This document shows positions 36,902 to 46,297 of a stretch of DNA of 64,000 bases, piece after piece. Each line of letters begins with the position of its first letter. The first letter of the stretch is position 1. Origin of the DNA: Candidatus Parcubacteria bacterium (lineage in GTDB: Bacteria > Patescibacteriota > Patescibacteriia > Patescibacteriales > UBA12465); contig JAEZRQ010000001.1 in assembly GCA_023444045.1 (NCBI GenBank), positions 66,000 through 129,999 on the forward strand. Direction: 5' to 3'. The notes under the pieces were generated by a model. It saw only the letters and a list, made by a program, of their open reading frames with translations. It was not told the DNA's origin and did no database searches. Both the position numbers and the translations under genes were made by a program.

Positions 36902-36973
36902 GCGGGTATCGTATAGTGGTTATTATGTGACCTTCCCAAGGTTAAGAGACGGGTTCGATTCCCGTTACCCGCT
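36902..36973 (+). tRNA. tRNA-Gly (anticodon UCC)
   Basis: Same body as the upstream tRNA-Gly. Anticodon stem TGACC/GGTTA, loop TTCCCAA. Confidence 0.9.
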
Positions 36974-37070
36974 CAGAAAAAGCATAGATAGTTCTATGTT
37001 TTTTTGTTTGACAAACATAAATTTTTATTTTAAGGTCTTGTTATTGTTGAACCTTTTAAAATTAAATATT

Positions 37071-37430
37071 ATGGAAACAGAAGAAGGGCCTGTTTATTGT
37101 AGTAATAACAAAGATCGGAATCTGGAATACGAAAAAACACCAGAAGAAATAAAAGAAGAGAAGAACAAAATTACCATTGTACTCACTTCTTTAGTTGGTA
37201 ATATTTTCTGTATCGCCGCTTTTCTGTATTTTGGTTGGTCGGTGGATCAAAAGAATGAAAACTGGATGCTAAATTCAGCCATTTTTGGCTTAACTATTAG
37301 CATTATCTCGCTAATAATTTCTTATTCTCATCCTACAAAAAAGATGAAATTAAGGGATTATTTTATCTCCGGCCACTATGTTTGGTTGTTTGTCTTTTGG
37401 CTGATAGTAGTACTGCAAAGAATATTTTAA
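37071..37430 (+). CDS. small membrane protein
   Basis: The track ORF (36900..) runs through tRNA-Gly, so I trimmed it to the ATG at 37071 (METEEGPVYC). There are 3 TM segments. Confidence 0.5.
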   Translation: METEEGPVYCSNNKDRNLEYEKTPEEIKEEKNKITIVLTSLVGNIFCIAAFLYFGWSVDQKNENWMLNSAIFGLTISIISLIISYSHPTKKMKLRDYFISGHYVWLFVFWLIVVLQRIF

Positions 37431-37437
37431 ACTAAGA

Positions 37438-37466
37438 ATCACTAGCGCAAAGTTAGTGATTTTTTG
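37438..37466 (+). terminator. intrinsic terminator
   Basis: ATCACTA / TAGTGAT stem, then T5. Confidence 0.7.
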
Positions 37467-37487
37467 TTATTTAAAGCCTTTTCCTTA

Positions 37488-37516
37488 TTGACTAAAGCAA
37501 TTTTTTCCGCTATAAA
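37488..37516 (+). promoter_or_regulatory. promoter of the infC-rpmI-rplT-secG cluster
   Basis: TTGACT (37488-37493), 17 nt, TATAAA (37511-37516). The leader contains a 9-bp hairpin at 37542-37550 / 37555-37563. Confidence 0.55.
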
Positions 37517-37602
37517 TAAGTAATAAGAAAGGATTTAAACAAATAATCTAATTTTAGATTATTTCTTGGCCAGGACTCCCCGGTTCCAGCCCCAAATAAA
37601 CA

Positions 37603-38157
37603 ATGAGAATTAAATTTCACCGCACAGAGGCTAAAGAACAGGTATTCTTTAAGTCAAATTCCCAAATAAAATCGCCAGAAGTTTTTTTAATTGATGAAAC
37701 TGGTGAAAGTATTGGTATTATGGATACAGCGGAAGCGATTGCCCGAGCTAAAGAACTAGAACTGGATTTAGTAGAGGTTAATCCAAAAGCTGAGCCACCG
37801 GTAGCTAAGATTGTTGATCTTGGCCAACTTAAATATGAGCGCGAAAAAAAGGCTCATAAACAGAAAATGCAACAAAAAAAGGTGGAGCTAAAAGCGGTCC
37901 GCTTATCTTTTAGAATCGGTGATCATGATATGGAGCTGCGCCTTAATCAGTCAATTAAATTCTTAAGCAAAGGAGATAAATTAAAGGTGGAATTATTACT
38001 TAAAGGACGCGAAAAGCAATATCCTCAGAAAGCGGCGGAAATAATGAATGATTTTTTCGCTAAACTAAAGGCAAATGAAGATTTTAACCTAGAGTTAGAA
38101 CAACCCTTGACAAAACAAGGAGGAAGATTTACTATGATTGTAATAAATAAAAAGTAA
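37603..38157 (+). CDS. infC: translation initiation factor IF-3
   Basis: IKSPEVFLIDETGESIGIMDTAEAIARAKELELDLVEVNPKAEPPVAKIVD. The exact start is uncertain because IF-3 genes often use atypical start codons. Confidence 0.85.
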   Translation: MRIKFHRTEAKEQVFFKSNSQIKSPEVFLIDETGESIGIMDTAEAIARAKELELDLVEVNPKAEPPVAKIVDLGQLKYEREKKAHKQKMQQKKVELKAVRLSFRIGDHDMELRLNQSIKFLSKGDKLKVELLLKGREKQYPQKAAEIMNDFFAKLKANEDFNLELEQPLTKQGGRFTMIVINKK

Positions 38158-38203
38158 GGATATCGTGAAATCAGGTTTCTACCTGTTTTTTTCTTGAAAA
38201 AGT

Positions 38204-38401
38204 ATGCCAAAAATAAAAACTCACCAAGCTACCGCTAAACGTTTTAAAGCGACTGGCGCTAACAAGGTTTTAAAAAGAAAATCTGGACAAGCTCATAATA
38301 ATGCTCATGAATCAGGAAGAACAACTCGTTCTAAGCGTTTAGATATGACTACCACTAAAACTTTGACCAAGACTGTAAAGACTTTGGCTCAGTTTAATTA
38401 A
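38204..38401 (+). CDS. rpmI: 50S ribosomal protein L35
   Basis: MPKIKTHQATAKRFKATG. Confidence 0.9.
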   Translation: MPKIKTHQATAKRFKATGANKVLKRKSGQAHNNAHESGRTTRSKRLDMTTTKTLTKTVKTLAQFN

Positions 38402-38426
38402 TCAAATTATCAATTTTTGAAAAAAT

Positions 38427-38774
38427 ATGCCTAGAGTAAAGAGAGGAACATCTCATGTTAAAAGAAGAAAGAATATCTTAGCCGATGTTAAAGGTTATCT
38501 ATGGGGTCGCAAGAAGCTGATTAAACTAGCTAAAACTGCCCGCACTTTAGCAGGCGCTCATTCTTACGTTGATCGTCATAAGAAAAAACGCGATATGCGT
38601 GCTTTATGGCAAATCAGAATCAATGCTTTTGTGCGCGAATATGGCTTATCATACTCCAAATTTATTGGCTTATTAAAAGCTAACAATATTTTAATTGATC
38701 GTAAAATCTTAGCGGAAATGGCTATTAATAATAAAGCAGTTCTAGCTAAAATAATTGAGAAAATAAAGAAATAA
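38427..38774 (+). CDS. rplT: 50S ribosomal protein L20
   Basis: MPRVKRGTSHVKRRKNIL..RDMRALWQIRINA. Confidence 0.9.
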   Translation: MPRVKRGTSHVKRRKNILADVKGYLWGRKKLIKLAKTARTLAGAHSYVDRHKKKRDMRALWQIRINAFVREYGLSYSKFIGLLKANNILIDRKILAEMAINNKAVLAKIIEKIKK

Positions 38775-38777
38775 TTT

Positions 38778-38990
38778 ATGAGTTGGATTTCTATTGCACA
38801 ACTTATTGTTTCTATTCTCCTGATTATTGTGATTCTTTTGCAGAGTCGCGGTACGGGGCTCGGATCCGCTTTTGGTGGCTCCGGTGGCGTTTATTTAACT
38901 AAACGCGGTTTAGAAAAAAAGCTTTTTATTATTACTATTATTCTTTCAGTTTTATTTTTTTCTTTATCTCTTCTCGGCATTATTTTATAA
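38778..38990 (+). CDS. secG: preprotein translocase subunit SecG
   Basis: 70 aa with 2 TM segments and LLQSRGTGLGSAFGG. Confidence 0.75.
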   Translation: MSWISIAQLIVSILLIIVILLQSRGTGLGSAFGGSGGVYLTKRGLEKKLFIITIILSVLFFSLSLLGIIL

Positions 38991-39002
38991 ACTTTTGCCA
39001 AC

Positions 39003-40964
39003 GTGAAATCTCTAAAAACTAAAAAAGAATTACTGGCTTTTATTGGGAAAACTCGTAGTCGTTTTGCTAAATTTTTTAGTAAAGCCTCAACTTTTTTATT
39101 TAAAAAAAATAAAAAGGGTCTTTTAAATAATTTTGATCGTGAGCAAGCTGATAAAAACCTAGTTTATACTTTAGCTACTAGTAAAATTCCTAGTAGTCAG
39201 CAGATGAAGCATTTAAATAAGACTTTATCAAAAAAAGAATCTTGGATTATTAGAATTGCCTTAGTTGTTGTTTTGATTAATTTGGTTTATTTAGGTGTTC
39301 GTTTTTATAATAAACACATTACTTTAATTCCAGTATCTGGGGGTACTTATTATGAGGGGGTTTTAGGTTATCCTAGAAATATTAATCCTCTTTATGATGT
39401 AAATCGCGATGTTGATCGTGACCTGGCTCGTTTAATTTATTCTAGTTTGTATAAATATGATGAAAATGGTCAATTAGTTGGCGACCTTGCTCAGGATATT
39501 ACCACTGATGATAATAAAAGTTTTGTTATTACTGTTAGGAATGATGTTAAGTGGCACAGCGGCGATACTTTAACTGTTGATGATATTATTTTTACTTTTA
39601 GATTAATCACTAACCCAGAATACAACTCCCCTTTAAGAAAAAATTTTTCTGATGTTCAACTGGAAAAGATTTCTGATAACCAAATTAAATTTACCCTGTC
39701 ATCAGCTTACGCTGCGTTTCCGCACTTATTAACATTTGGTGTCTTGCCACAGAGTGTCTGGGAAAATACTTCTCCAGATGCCGCTTCTTTAACTGAACTA
39801 AATTTGCAAGCCGTTGGCTCTGGGCCATATAAATTTGAATCTTTACTTAAGAGTAAGCAAGGAGACATTAAAGAATATCGTTTAGTGATAAATGATGATT
39901 ATTATGGCACTAAGCCATATATCAGAAACGTTGTTTTTAAATTTTATCAAGAGCCAGGAGAATTAATTGAGGCTTTAAACGGTGGCGATGTTTTAGGTAT
40001 TAGTTATTTGCCCCTTGAACAGAGAAAATTATTATTAACCCAAAACTCTTTAAACTTTAATTCTTTAAATTCATCACAGGAAGATTTAATTTTCTTTAAT
40101 CAGGAAAATAATAAAAATCTAGCCGATTTAAAAGTTAGACAAGCACTTGCGCTAGCGATTGATAGACAGGCGATAGTTAAAGATATTTTTGATGATTTTT
40201 ATAAAGTAATTAATGGACCGCTGCCAATATCTTCTTTTGCTTATACTGATGAGGTGACTAAATATGATTTTAATCAAGATGCTGCTAATGCAAAATTAGA
40301 TGAAGCTGGTTGGTCTAAAATTGAGATAAGTGATGAAAACCTTAATAATGACTCGCCTGAAGTAAAAGCCATTAGGGCTTACGCCAGCTCTACCGCCGAA
40401 AATGTTTATGGTACTTGGCGTTTTAAAAAAGACAGTAAGAACATCGTTACCATTTTGTCTGTTAAGTTAAGTTTTGTAGATAGCAGTAAATATTTACAGG
40501 TATCACAAAAAATAAAAGAATCTTGGGAGGCTATCGGCGTTAAGACTATTTTAACTAGCACCACTAACACTGAAATTCCTAATTTAGCTTCTTCTCGCAG
40601 TTTTGAAGCTTTAATTTTTGGTGAAATTTTAGGTGGTGACCCGGATATTTTTGTTTTCTGGCACTCTAGCCAAGCTGGTGGAAAAGGGCTAAATATTTCC
40701 GCTTATAAAAATGATCAAGTTGATAAATTACTTGAAGAGGCTCGCGGGACAGTTGATAGAAATTTAAGAATTGAAAAATATCAACAAGTTCAAAAAATAA
40801 TTGCCGAAGAACTGCCAGCGATTTTTCTTTACGAAAAAAATTATATTTATATTCAAAATAAAAAACTTAAAGGCTTCAAGTCCACGGCCGTAATTAGTGC
40901 TAGTGACCGCTTGGCCGGAATTACTAATTGGTTTGTAAAGTATAAAAACAAATTCAACTGGTAA
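39003..40964 (+). CDS. membrane-anchored family-5 (peptide/nickel-type) ABC substrate-binding protein
   Basis: GTG start. An N-terminal basic region and one TM segment, then an SBP_bac_5-like body (e.g. VKWHSGDTLTVDDIIFTF). No permease or ATPase genes are adjacent. Confidence 0.65.
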   Translation: MKSLKTKKELLAFIGKTRSRFAKFFSKASTFLFKKNKKGLLNNFDREQADKNLVYTLATSKIPSSQQMKHLNKTLSKKESWIIRIALVVVLINLVYLGVRFYNKHITLIPVSGGTYYEGVLGYPRNINPLYDVNRDVDRDLARLIYSSLYKYDENGQLVGDLAQDITTDDNKSFVITVRNDVKWHSGDTLTVDDIIFTFRLITNPEYNSPLRKNFSDVQLEKISDNQIKFTLSSAYAAFPHLLTFGVLPQSVWENTSPDAASLTELNLQAVGSGPYKFESLLKSKQGDIKEYRLVINDDYYGTKPYIRNVVFKFYQEPGELIEALNGGDVLGISYLPLEQRKLLLTQNSLNFNSLNSSQEDLIFFNQENNKNLADLKVRQALALAIDRQAIVKDIFDDFYKVINGPLPISSFAYTDEVTKYDFNQDAANAKLDEAGWSKIEISDENLNNDSPEVKAIRAYASSTAENVYGTWRFKKDSKNIVTILSVKLSFVDSSKYLQVSQKIKESWEAIGVKTILTSTTNTEIPNLASSRSFEALIFGEILGGDPDIFVFWHSSQAGGKGLNISAYKNDQVDKLLEEARGTVDRNLRIEKYQQVQKIIAEELPAIFLYEKNYIYIQNKKLKGFKSTAVISASDRLAGITNWFVKYKNKFNW

Positions 40965-41062
40965 ATATAAAAAACTTATCTCTTAAATAAGAGAAAATAA
41001 TTATGGAATTTTTATTTTTAAGGTTAGTTTATTAATATTAAAATTTAAATTCTAAATCTCAC

Positions 41063-43111
41063 ATGATAACTAAATACAAATCTCCTAAGGCGTCAGCTAA
41101 CTACTTTTCGTCCGGGAAAAAAACAAATGACGATGTGATTGTTTTTAAGCAAAATCAAACTCAGTCATTTAAAAGCGCTTCAAGACAAAACACAATTTTA
41201 AAAGAACCTTTTAATATTGATGACATCTTAAAAGCCGATCGGGAATTTCTAAAACAGGAGGGTCAGCCGCTAGTTTCAAGTAGTCAGGCTGCGACTATAC
41301 CTAAGAAAGAAGAACCTAAGCCTAAAAATAATTATAAAAAACCGAATAATTATAATTCTGTTAGAAAAAATAATTATAACACTTCAGCCAAAACAAATAA
41401 TAATGTTCGCCAGGTCTTTCAGCAGAAAGTTAAGGGTGACAACTTAAGAGTGATGGTAATGGGCGGTCTGGAAGAAGTTGGTCGTAACATGACTGTCTTT
41501 GAATGTAATAAAGAAATTATTATTATTGATATGGGTTTGCAGTTTCCGGAAGAAGATATGCCGGGAATTGATTACATAATTCCTAATGTTAGTTATTTAC
41601 AAGATAAAAAGTCTTGGATTAAGGGTGTTATTATCAGTCACGGACATTATGATCATATTGGCGGCATTCCTCATATTATGGGTGAAATTGGTAATCCACC
41701 AATGTTTATGGGCAAGCTAACCGCAGGACTGGTTCGTAAGAGAAATGTTGAATATAAAAATGCTCCAACTCTTAAAATTAAAGAGATTGATGAAAATAGT
41801 AGCATAAAACTGGGCAACTCTTTTACGGTAGAATTTTTAAGGGTAAACCATTCTATTCCAGATTGTTTTGCTACCATAATTAAAACTCCTTTAGGAACCC
41901 TGGTGCACACTGGTGACTTTAAAATTGATTTTACTCCAGTTAATGACAAACCAGCCGATTTAAACCGCATGGCACAACTTGGTGCGGCCGGTGTTCGCCT
42001 TTTAATGTCTGATTCAACTGATGCAACTCATCCAGGGTATCAGGTTTCGGAGTCATACATCGGTGAAGAGATGGGAAAGATTTTTGAAAAAATTGAGGGG
42101 CGCATTATTGTTGGCACCTTTGCTTCCCAATTATCCCGTTTGCAGAAGATTTTTGACTTAGCCGAAAAGTATGGCCGCCGAGTTTCTCTTCAAGGAAGAA
42201 GTATGGTTTCTAATGTGGAGGTGGCTCATGAAATTGGCTACTTAAAGTTTAACCCTAAACTTTTAATTGACGACAAAGAACTTAATAAGTTACCAGATAA
42301 TCGCGTTCTAATTGTGGGGACTGGCGCTCAAGGTGAAAGCAATGCTTTCCTAAGCCGAGTTGTTAACGGTGAACATCGCACGGTTAATATTAAACCAGGG
42401 GACACCGTTTTATTCTCTTCCTCAGTTATTCCCGGTAACGAACGCTCTATTCAAAATTTGATGGACCGTGTTGTTAGACGCGGAGCAAAAATTATCCACT
42501 ACCGCATGCTTGATATTCACGCTGGCGGTCACGCTAAAGCGGAGGATTTAAAATTAACCATGCGTTTATTTAAGCCGGAATATTTCATGCCAATTGAAGC
42601 TAATCATTATATGTTACGTGCTCATGCGGAATTAGCTGAGCAAGTTGGCATTCCTAAAAATAAAATTTTTGTGGCTGACAACGGACAAGTAGTTGATTTT
42701 AGGGTTGTTGGCGGGAAAGTTGAAGGAACGCTTACTGACGAAAAAGTGCCCACCGACTATGTAATGGTTGATGGACTTGGTGTTGGTGATGTTTCCGAAA
42801 TTGTTTTACGCGACAGACGAATGATGGCCGAAGATGGAATGATTGTTGTAATTGCCACTATTGATTCACATACTGGTGATGTAATTGGTAACCCTGACTT
42901 AATTTCTCGTGGCTTTGTTCATATGAAAGAAAATCGTGATTTAATTGAAAAAACCAGAGCTAGAGTTAAGAAGATTGTGAAAGACAAAAATCCGATTACT
43001 GTGGCCGATGATGATTATATTAAAAACAAGATTAGAAATGATATTGGGCAATTTCTGTTTGCCCAAACCAAGCGCCGCCCAATGGTGCTACCGGTAGTAA
43101 TTAAAGTCTAA
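41063..43111 (+). CDS. rnj: ribonuclease J
   Basis: Metallo-beta-lactamase HGHYDHIGG, beta-CASP and a C-terminal domain. About 125 aa of N/K-rich N-terminal extension. Confidence 0.85.
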   Translation: MITKYKSPKASANYFSSGKKTNDDVIVFKQNQTQSFKSASRQNTILKEPFNIDDILKADREFLKQEGQPLVSSSQAATIPKKEEPKPKNNYKKPNNYNSVRKNNYNTSAKTNNNVRQVFQQKVKGDNLRVMVMGGLEEVGRNMTVFECNKEIIIIDMGLQFPEEDMPGIDYIIPNVSYLQDKKSWIKGVIISHGHYDHIGGIPHIMGEIGNPPMFMGKLTAGLVRKRNVEYKNAPTLKIKEIDENSSIKLGNSFTVEFLRVNHSIPDCFATIIKTPLGTLVHTGDFKIDFTPVNDKPADLNRMAQLGAAGVRLLMSDSTDATHPGYQVSESYIGEEMGKIFEKIEGRIIVGTFASQLSRLQKIFDLAEKYGRRVSLQGRSMVSNVEVAHEIGYLKFNPKLLIDDKELNKLPDNRVLIVGTGAQGESNAFLSRVVNGEHRTVNIKPGDTVLFSSSVIPGNERSIQNLMDRVVRRGAKIIHYRMLDIHAGGHAKAEDLKLTMRLFKPEYFMPIEANHYMLRAHAELAEQVGIPKNKIFVADNGQVVDFRVVGGKVEGTLTDEKVPTDYVMVDGLGVGDVSEIVLRDRRMMAEDGMIVVIATIDSHTGDVIGNPDLISRGFVHMKENRDLIEKTRARVKKIVKDKNPITVADDDYIKNKIRNDIGQFLFAQTKRRPMVLPVVIKV

Positions 43112-43136
43112 GAATTAAAAAACCAAGTAAAACTAT

Positions 43137-44828
43137 ATGAAGATAGAAGCCAAAAAGATTAAATGGTTGGCCCTACTTATTTTAGTGGTGCTTGGTTTTT
43201 TGATATACGCCAACTCTTTTAAGAATCAACTTTTTTGGGATGATGATGATGGGATTGTTAATAATGTCTATATTAAAGACTTATCTTACTTCCCTAAATA
43301 TTTTTCCGAGAATTTGATTGCGGGTGCTGGTCAAATTAGTAACTATTGGCGCCCCTTAGTCTTAATTTCTTTTGCAGTTGACTATAAATTATCTGGCCTT
43401 AATCCTTTTGGCTATCATCTTACTAACACCATTCTCCATATCTTGGCCGCTTGGCTGTCATTTTTATTGTTATATAAAATTAGTGGTAAAAAATTTCTGT
43501 CGTTAGCGGCTGCCATTATTTTTTTAGTGCACCCCCTGCAAACCGAAGCGGTAACCTATGTTTCTGGGCGAGCTGATTCACTATCAGCTATTTTTGTTTT
43601 GCTGGGAACACTAACTTATTTTAATTTTAGGCAAGAGAAAAATAAAAAATACTTAGCCATCAGTCTATCATCTTTCATTTTAGCGTTACTAGTTAAAGAA
43701 CAATCTATTACCTTGCCAGGCTTAATTTTTCTAGTGGAAATATTTTTCTTCTTTGAGCGAAAGAAATGGTGTGAAAGTTTGCGATATTTTTTACCTTTTG
43801 TATTAATTGCGGTGGCTTACTTTATCCTAAGAGTCTCTTTTCTTAATTTTAATGACTTGCTCTCTGGGATTGATTATAGTGATGTTTACGACTCTAGCTT
43901 AAAAATCCGTTTACTGACATTTACTAAAGTTTTCGTGAAATATTTTTCTCTTTTGTTTCTTCCTTTTAACCAGCACATGGCTTATGAGGTTGCGCCAGTT
44001 ACCTCCCTTTTCTCTTGGGCTTTTCTGAAATTCACCATTTTAATTGGTGCCCTAGTTTTTGTTATTAAAAAATATTGGTCAAGCCAGAAACTAATTATTT
44101 TTGGTTTAGCTTGGTTTATTATTTTACTACTACCCCGGACTAATATTATTTCTATTAACCGTCCTTTATACGAACACTGGCTTTATCTGCCAATGCTGGG
44201 TTTCTGGCTAGCACTTATTTTATTAATCCAGGAGCTTATTAAAAAATTTAACTTAAAGAAAGTTTTTGTTTGGTATTTTTTACTAGTCTTAATTTTTTAT
44301 TTTAGTGTTTTAACTATTAGACGTAATTTTGATTGGCATGATCCAGTTACTTTTTATGAAAAAAATTTAAAATATACTCCCAATAGTTTCATTCAGAGAA
44401 ATAATCTGGGCATGGCCTATGCGGCAATTAACCGTTATGATGAAGCAATTAAAGAATATCAGAGAGCAATAGAGATTGCCGATATTTATCCTCAAGTTCA
44501 TTATAACCTAGCTAATTCTTTAGTAGCGCTAGGAAGAACCCAGGAGGCAGAGATTGAGTATTACCGGACCATTGAGATGAGCCCGCAATTTTCCTTTCCT
44601 TATAATAATTTGCTGCAACTAGCAATCATTAAGCAAGATGAAAGTAAATTAAAAAAAGCCCTAGAAAAGTTAAGAGAGAATTTTGAAGAAGAATATTATC
44701 TAGAACAAGCTTTCTACTCATATTATTCTCTAAACAAAAAAGAGAGGGCTCTAGAGATTGGTAGAGAATTATTACAAAAATATCCAAATAGAACTGATAT
44801 TGGCCTTATTATGTTAAATATTAGGTAA
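43137..44828 (+). CDS. TMTC/DUF1736-like polytopic membrane glycosyltransferase-family protein with C-terminal TPR repeats
   Basis: N-terminal WDDDDGIVNN..YWRPLVLISFAVDY..NPFGYHLTNTILH pattern, more than 10 TM segments, and C-terminal TPR units (AYAAINRYDEAIKEYQRAIE). Confidence 0.6.
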   Translation: MKIEAKKIKWLALLILVVLGFLIYANSFKNQLFWDDDDGIVNNVYIKDLSYFPKYFSENLIAGAGQISNYWRPLVLISFAVDYKLSGLNPFGYHLTNTILHILAAWLSFLLLYKISGKKFLSLAAAIIFLVHPLQTEAVTYVSGRADSLSAIFVLLGTLTYFNFRQEKNKKYLAISLSSFILALLVKEQSITLPGLIFLVEIFFFFERKKWCESLRYFLPFVLIAVAYFILRVSFLNFNDLLSGIDYSDVYDSSLKIRLLTFTKVFVKYFSLLFLPFNQHMAYEVAPVTSLFSWAFLKFTILIGALVFVIKKYWSSQKLIIFGLAWFIILLLPRTNIISINRPLYEHWLYLPMLGFWLALILLIQELIKKFNLKKVFVWYFLLVLIFYFSVLTIRRNFDWHDPVTFYEKNLKYTPNSFIQRNNLGMAYAAINRYDEAIKEYQRAIEIADIYPQVHYNLANSLVALGRTQEAEIEYYRTIEMSPQFSFPYNNLLQLAIIKQDESKLKKALEKLRENFEEEYYLEQAFYSYYSLNKKERALEIGRELLQKYPNRTDIGLIMLNIR

Positions 44829-44915
44829 AATAGCCAACAATTGACAAAACCCCTCTTTTTTGCTATAATATAGACATAATTAAATCGTATTTATTAACAA
44901 TAAAATATATAAGTA

Positions 44916-46193
44916 ATGAAAACAACCTTTACAAAAGGTCTGTGGAAAACGATAGTTTTCCTGGCCGCAGTAATTATTTCGTGTGTGGCTTGTGAGGGTT
45001 GTGAAGAGCCCTTGATGAAAGCTCAACTGGAAGTGCAGGTGGAGAGTGTGGCTGATGAAGCCGCCACCATCGTCGCTTCACTTCTTCCCAATCAACCAGG
45101 AACAACTATTGCCTGGAGATATAAGGAAGAGGGGTCTACTTACTCTTCTCCTAGAACCTTACCAACTCAATTTGATGGTTCAGATACCGTTAAAGTTGAT
45201 TGGCAGGTGACCGATTTGAAAGCTAATACCACCTATACTTTGGAAGTAGTGGCTAACAATATCGCGGGGGCAACAGTTAAAGAGGTTTCTTTCACCAGCG
45301 GTAAGGCATTGGCCAAAATTGGATTAAGACAAGCCGAAGATGTAAAGCTGACCACAGCTAAACTGACCGCTTGGTTTATTCCTAATCAACCCAATACAGA
45401 ATTTACTTTTGAATACAAAGAAGTAAATTCCACCGGTGCTAGTTACACTTTACCTACCAAATTCTCTGGCACTGATTCTATTAAAGTATCCTTTGATCTT
45501 TCTGGTCTTAAGGAAAACACCGAGTATACTTTTATAACCAAGGCCAAAAATATTGCTGGTGAAAAAATTAGCGATGAGATAATTTTCAAAACTTATGCAG
45601 CTGTTGATGCTGATGGTAATTACTATTATGCAGTGACTATTGGTACTCAAACCTGGTTGCAGACGAATTTGAAAACTACTAAATTCGCTAACGGTGACCC
45701 GATTCCAAATGTCACCGATCAGGCTGCTTGGGGAGCATTAAAGACGCCAGGAATGTGTTATTATAACAACAATCCAAAAAACGGTGAAATCTATGGGGCC
45801 TTGTATAACTTCTATGTTGGGGCCGATTCAAGGGGGTTGATTAAGGGATACAGAATTCCAACACCATATGAGTGGGGTGATATGATGAAATATTTGGAAG
45901 ATGGAAAAATATATGCACAAAAAATAATGGCTAAAGATCTTTGGGTTTTTGATGCATATTATGAAGTAAATAATTCTTCTGGATTTTCTGCCTTACCTGG
46001 CGGCGGCCGATTTTTCGATTATTCCGACTATCCATTTAAATTTAATGGTGTTGGCAAAAAGGGGATGTTTTGGACGTCTAATGTTGTTGGCTCTAGTGCA
46101 GTGATTATTGGTGTTTATAATAATTGCACATGGGGACTTGGAGAGTTGTATGACATGTCAAACGGATTTTCTATCCGTTTGATAAAAGAATAG
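44916..46193 (+). CDS. lipoprotein with two Fn3-like repeats and a Fibrobacter succinogenes major paralogous (FISUMP) domain
   Basis: Lipobox-like VIISC. Two ~85-aa tandem repeats (..LKANTTYTLEVVANNIAG.. and ..LKENTEYTFITKAKNIAG..). C-terminal DGNYYYAVTIGTQTWLQTNL..GFSALPGG..FWTS. Confidence 0.7.
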   Translation: MKTTFTKGLWKTIVFLAAVIISCVACEGCEEPLMKAQLEVQVESVADEAATIVASLLPNQPGTTIAWRYKEEGSTYSSPRTLPTQFDGSDTVKVDWQVTDLKANTTYTLEVVANNIAGATVKEVSFTSGKALAKIGLRQAEDVKLTTAKLTAWFIPNQPNTEFTFEYKEVNSTGASYTLPTKFSGTDSIKVSFDLSGLKENTEYTFITKAKNIAGEKISDEIIFKTYAAVDADGNYYYAVTIGTQTWLQTNLKTTKFANGDPIPNVTDQAAWGALKTPGMCYYNNNPKNGEIYGALYNFYVGADSRGLIKGYRIPTPYEWGDMMKYLEDGKIYAQKIMAKDLWVFDAYYEVNNSSGFSALPGGGRFFDYSDYPFKFNGVGKKGMFWTSNVVGSSAVIIGVYNNCTWGLGELYDMSNGFSIRLIKE

Positions 46194-46297
46194 TTTAAAT
46201 GGGGTGTTGACCAATTCAGCACCTCTTTTATTTTACTAAATATGTTATTTATTATATAATTAAGACAGCTTTTCTCTTATTTGTATATTATAAAATT

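Noticed and set aside
36900-37070. The N-terminal part of the track ORF 36900-37430.
   Set aside because: It reads straight through tRNA-Gly(UCC) (36902-36973). I trimmed the CDS to the ATG at 37071.
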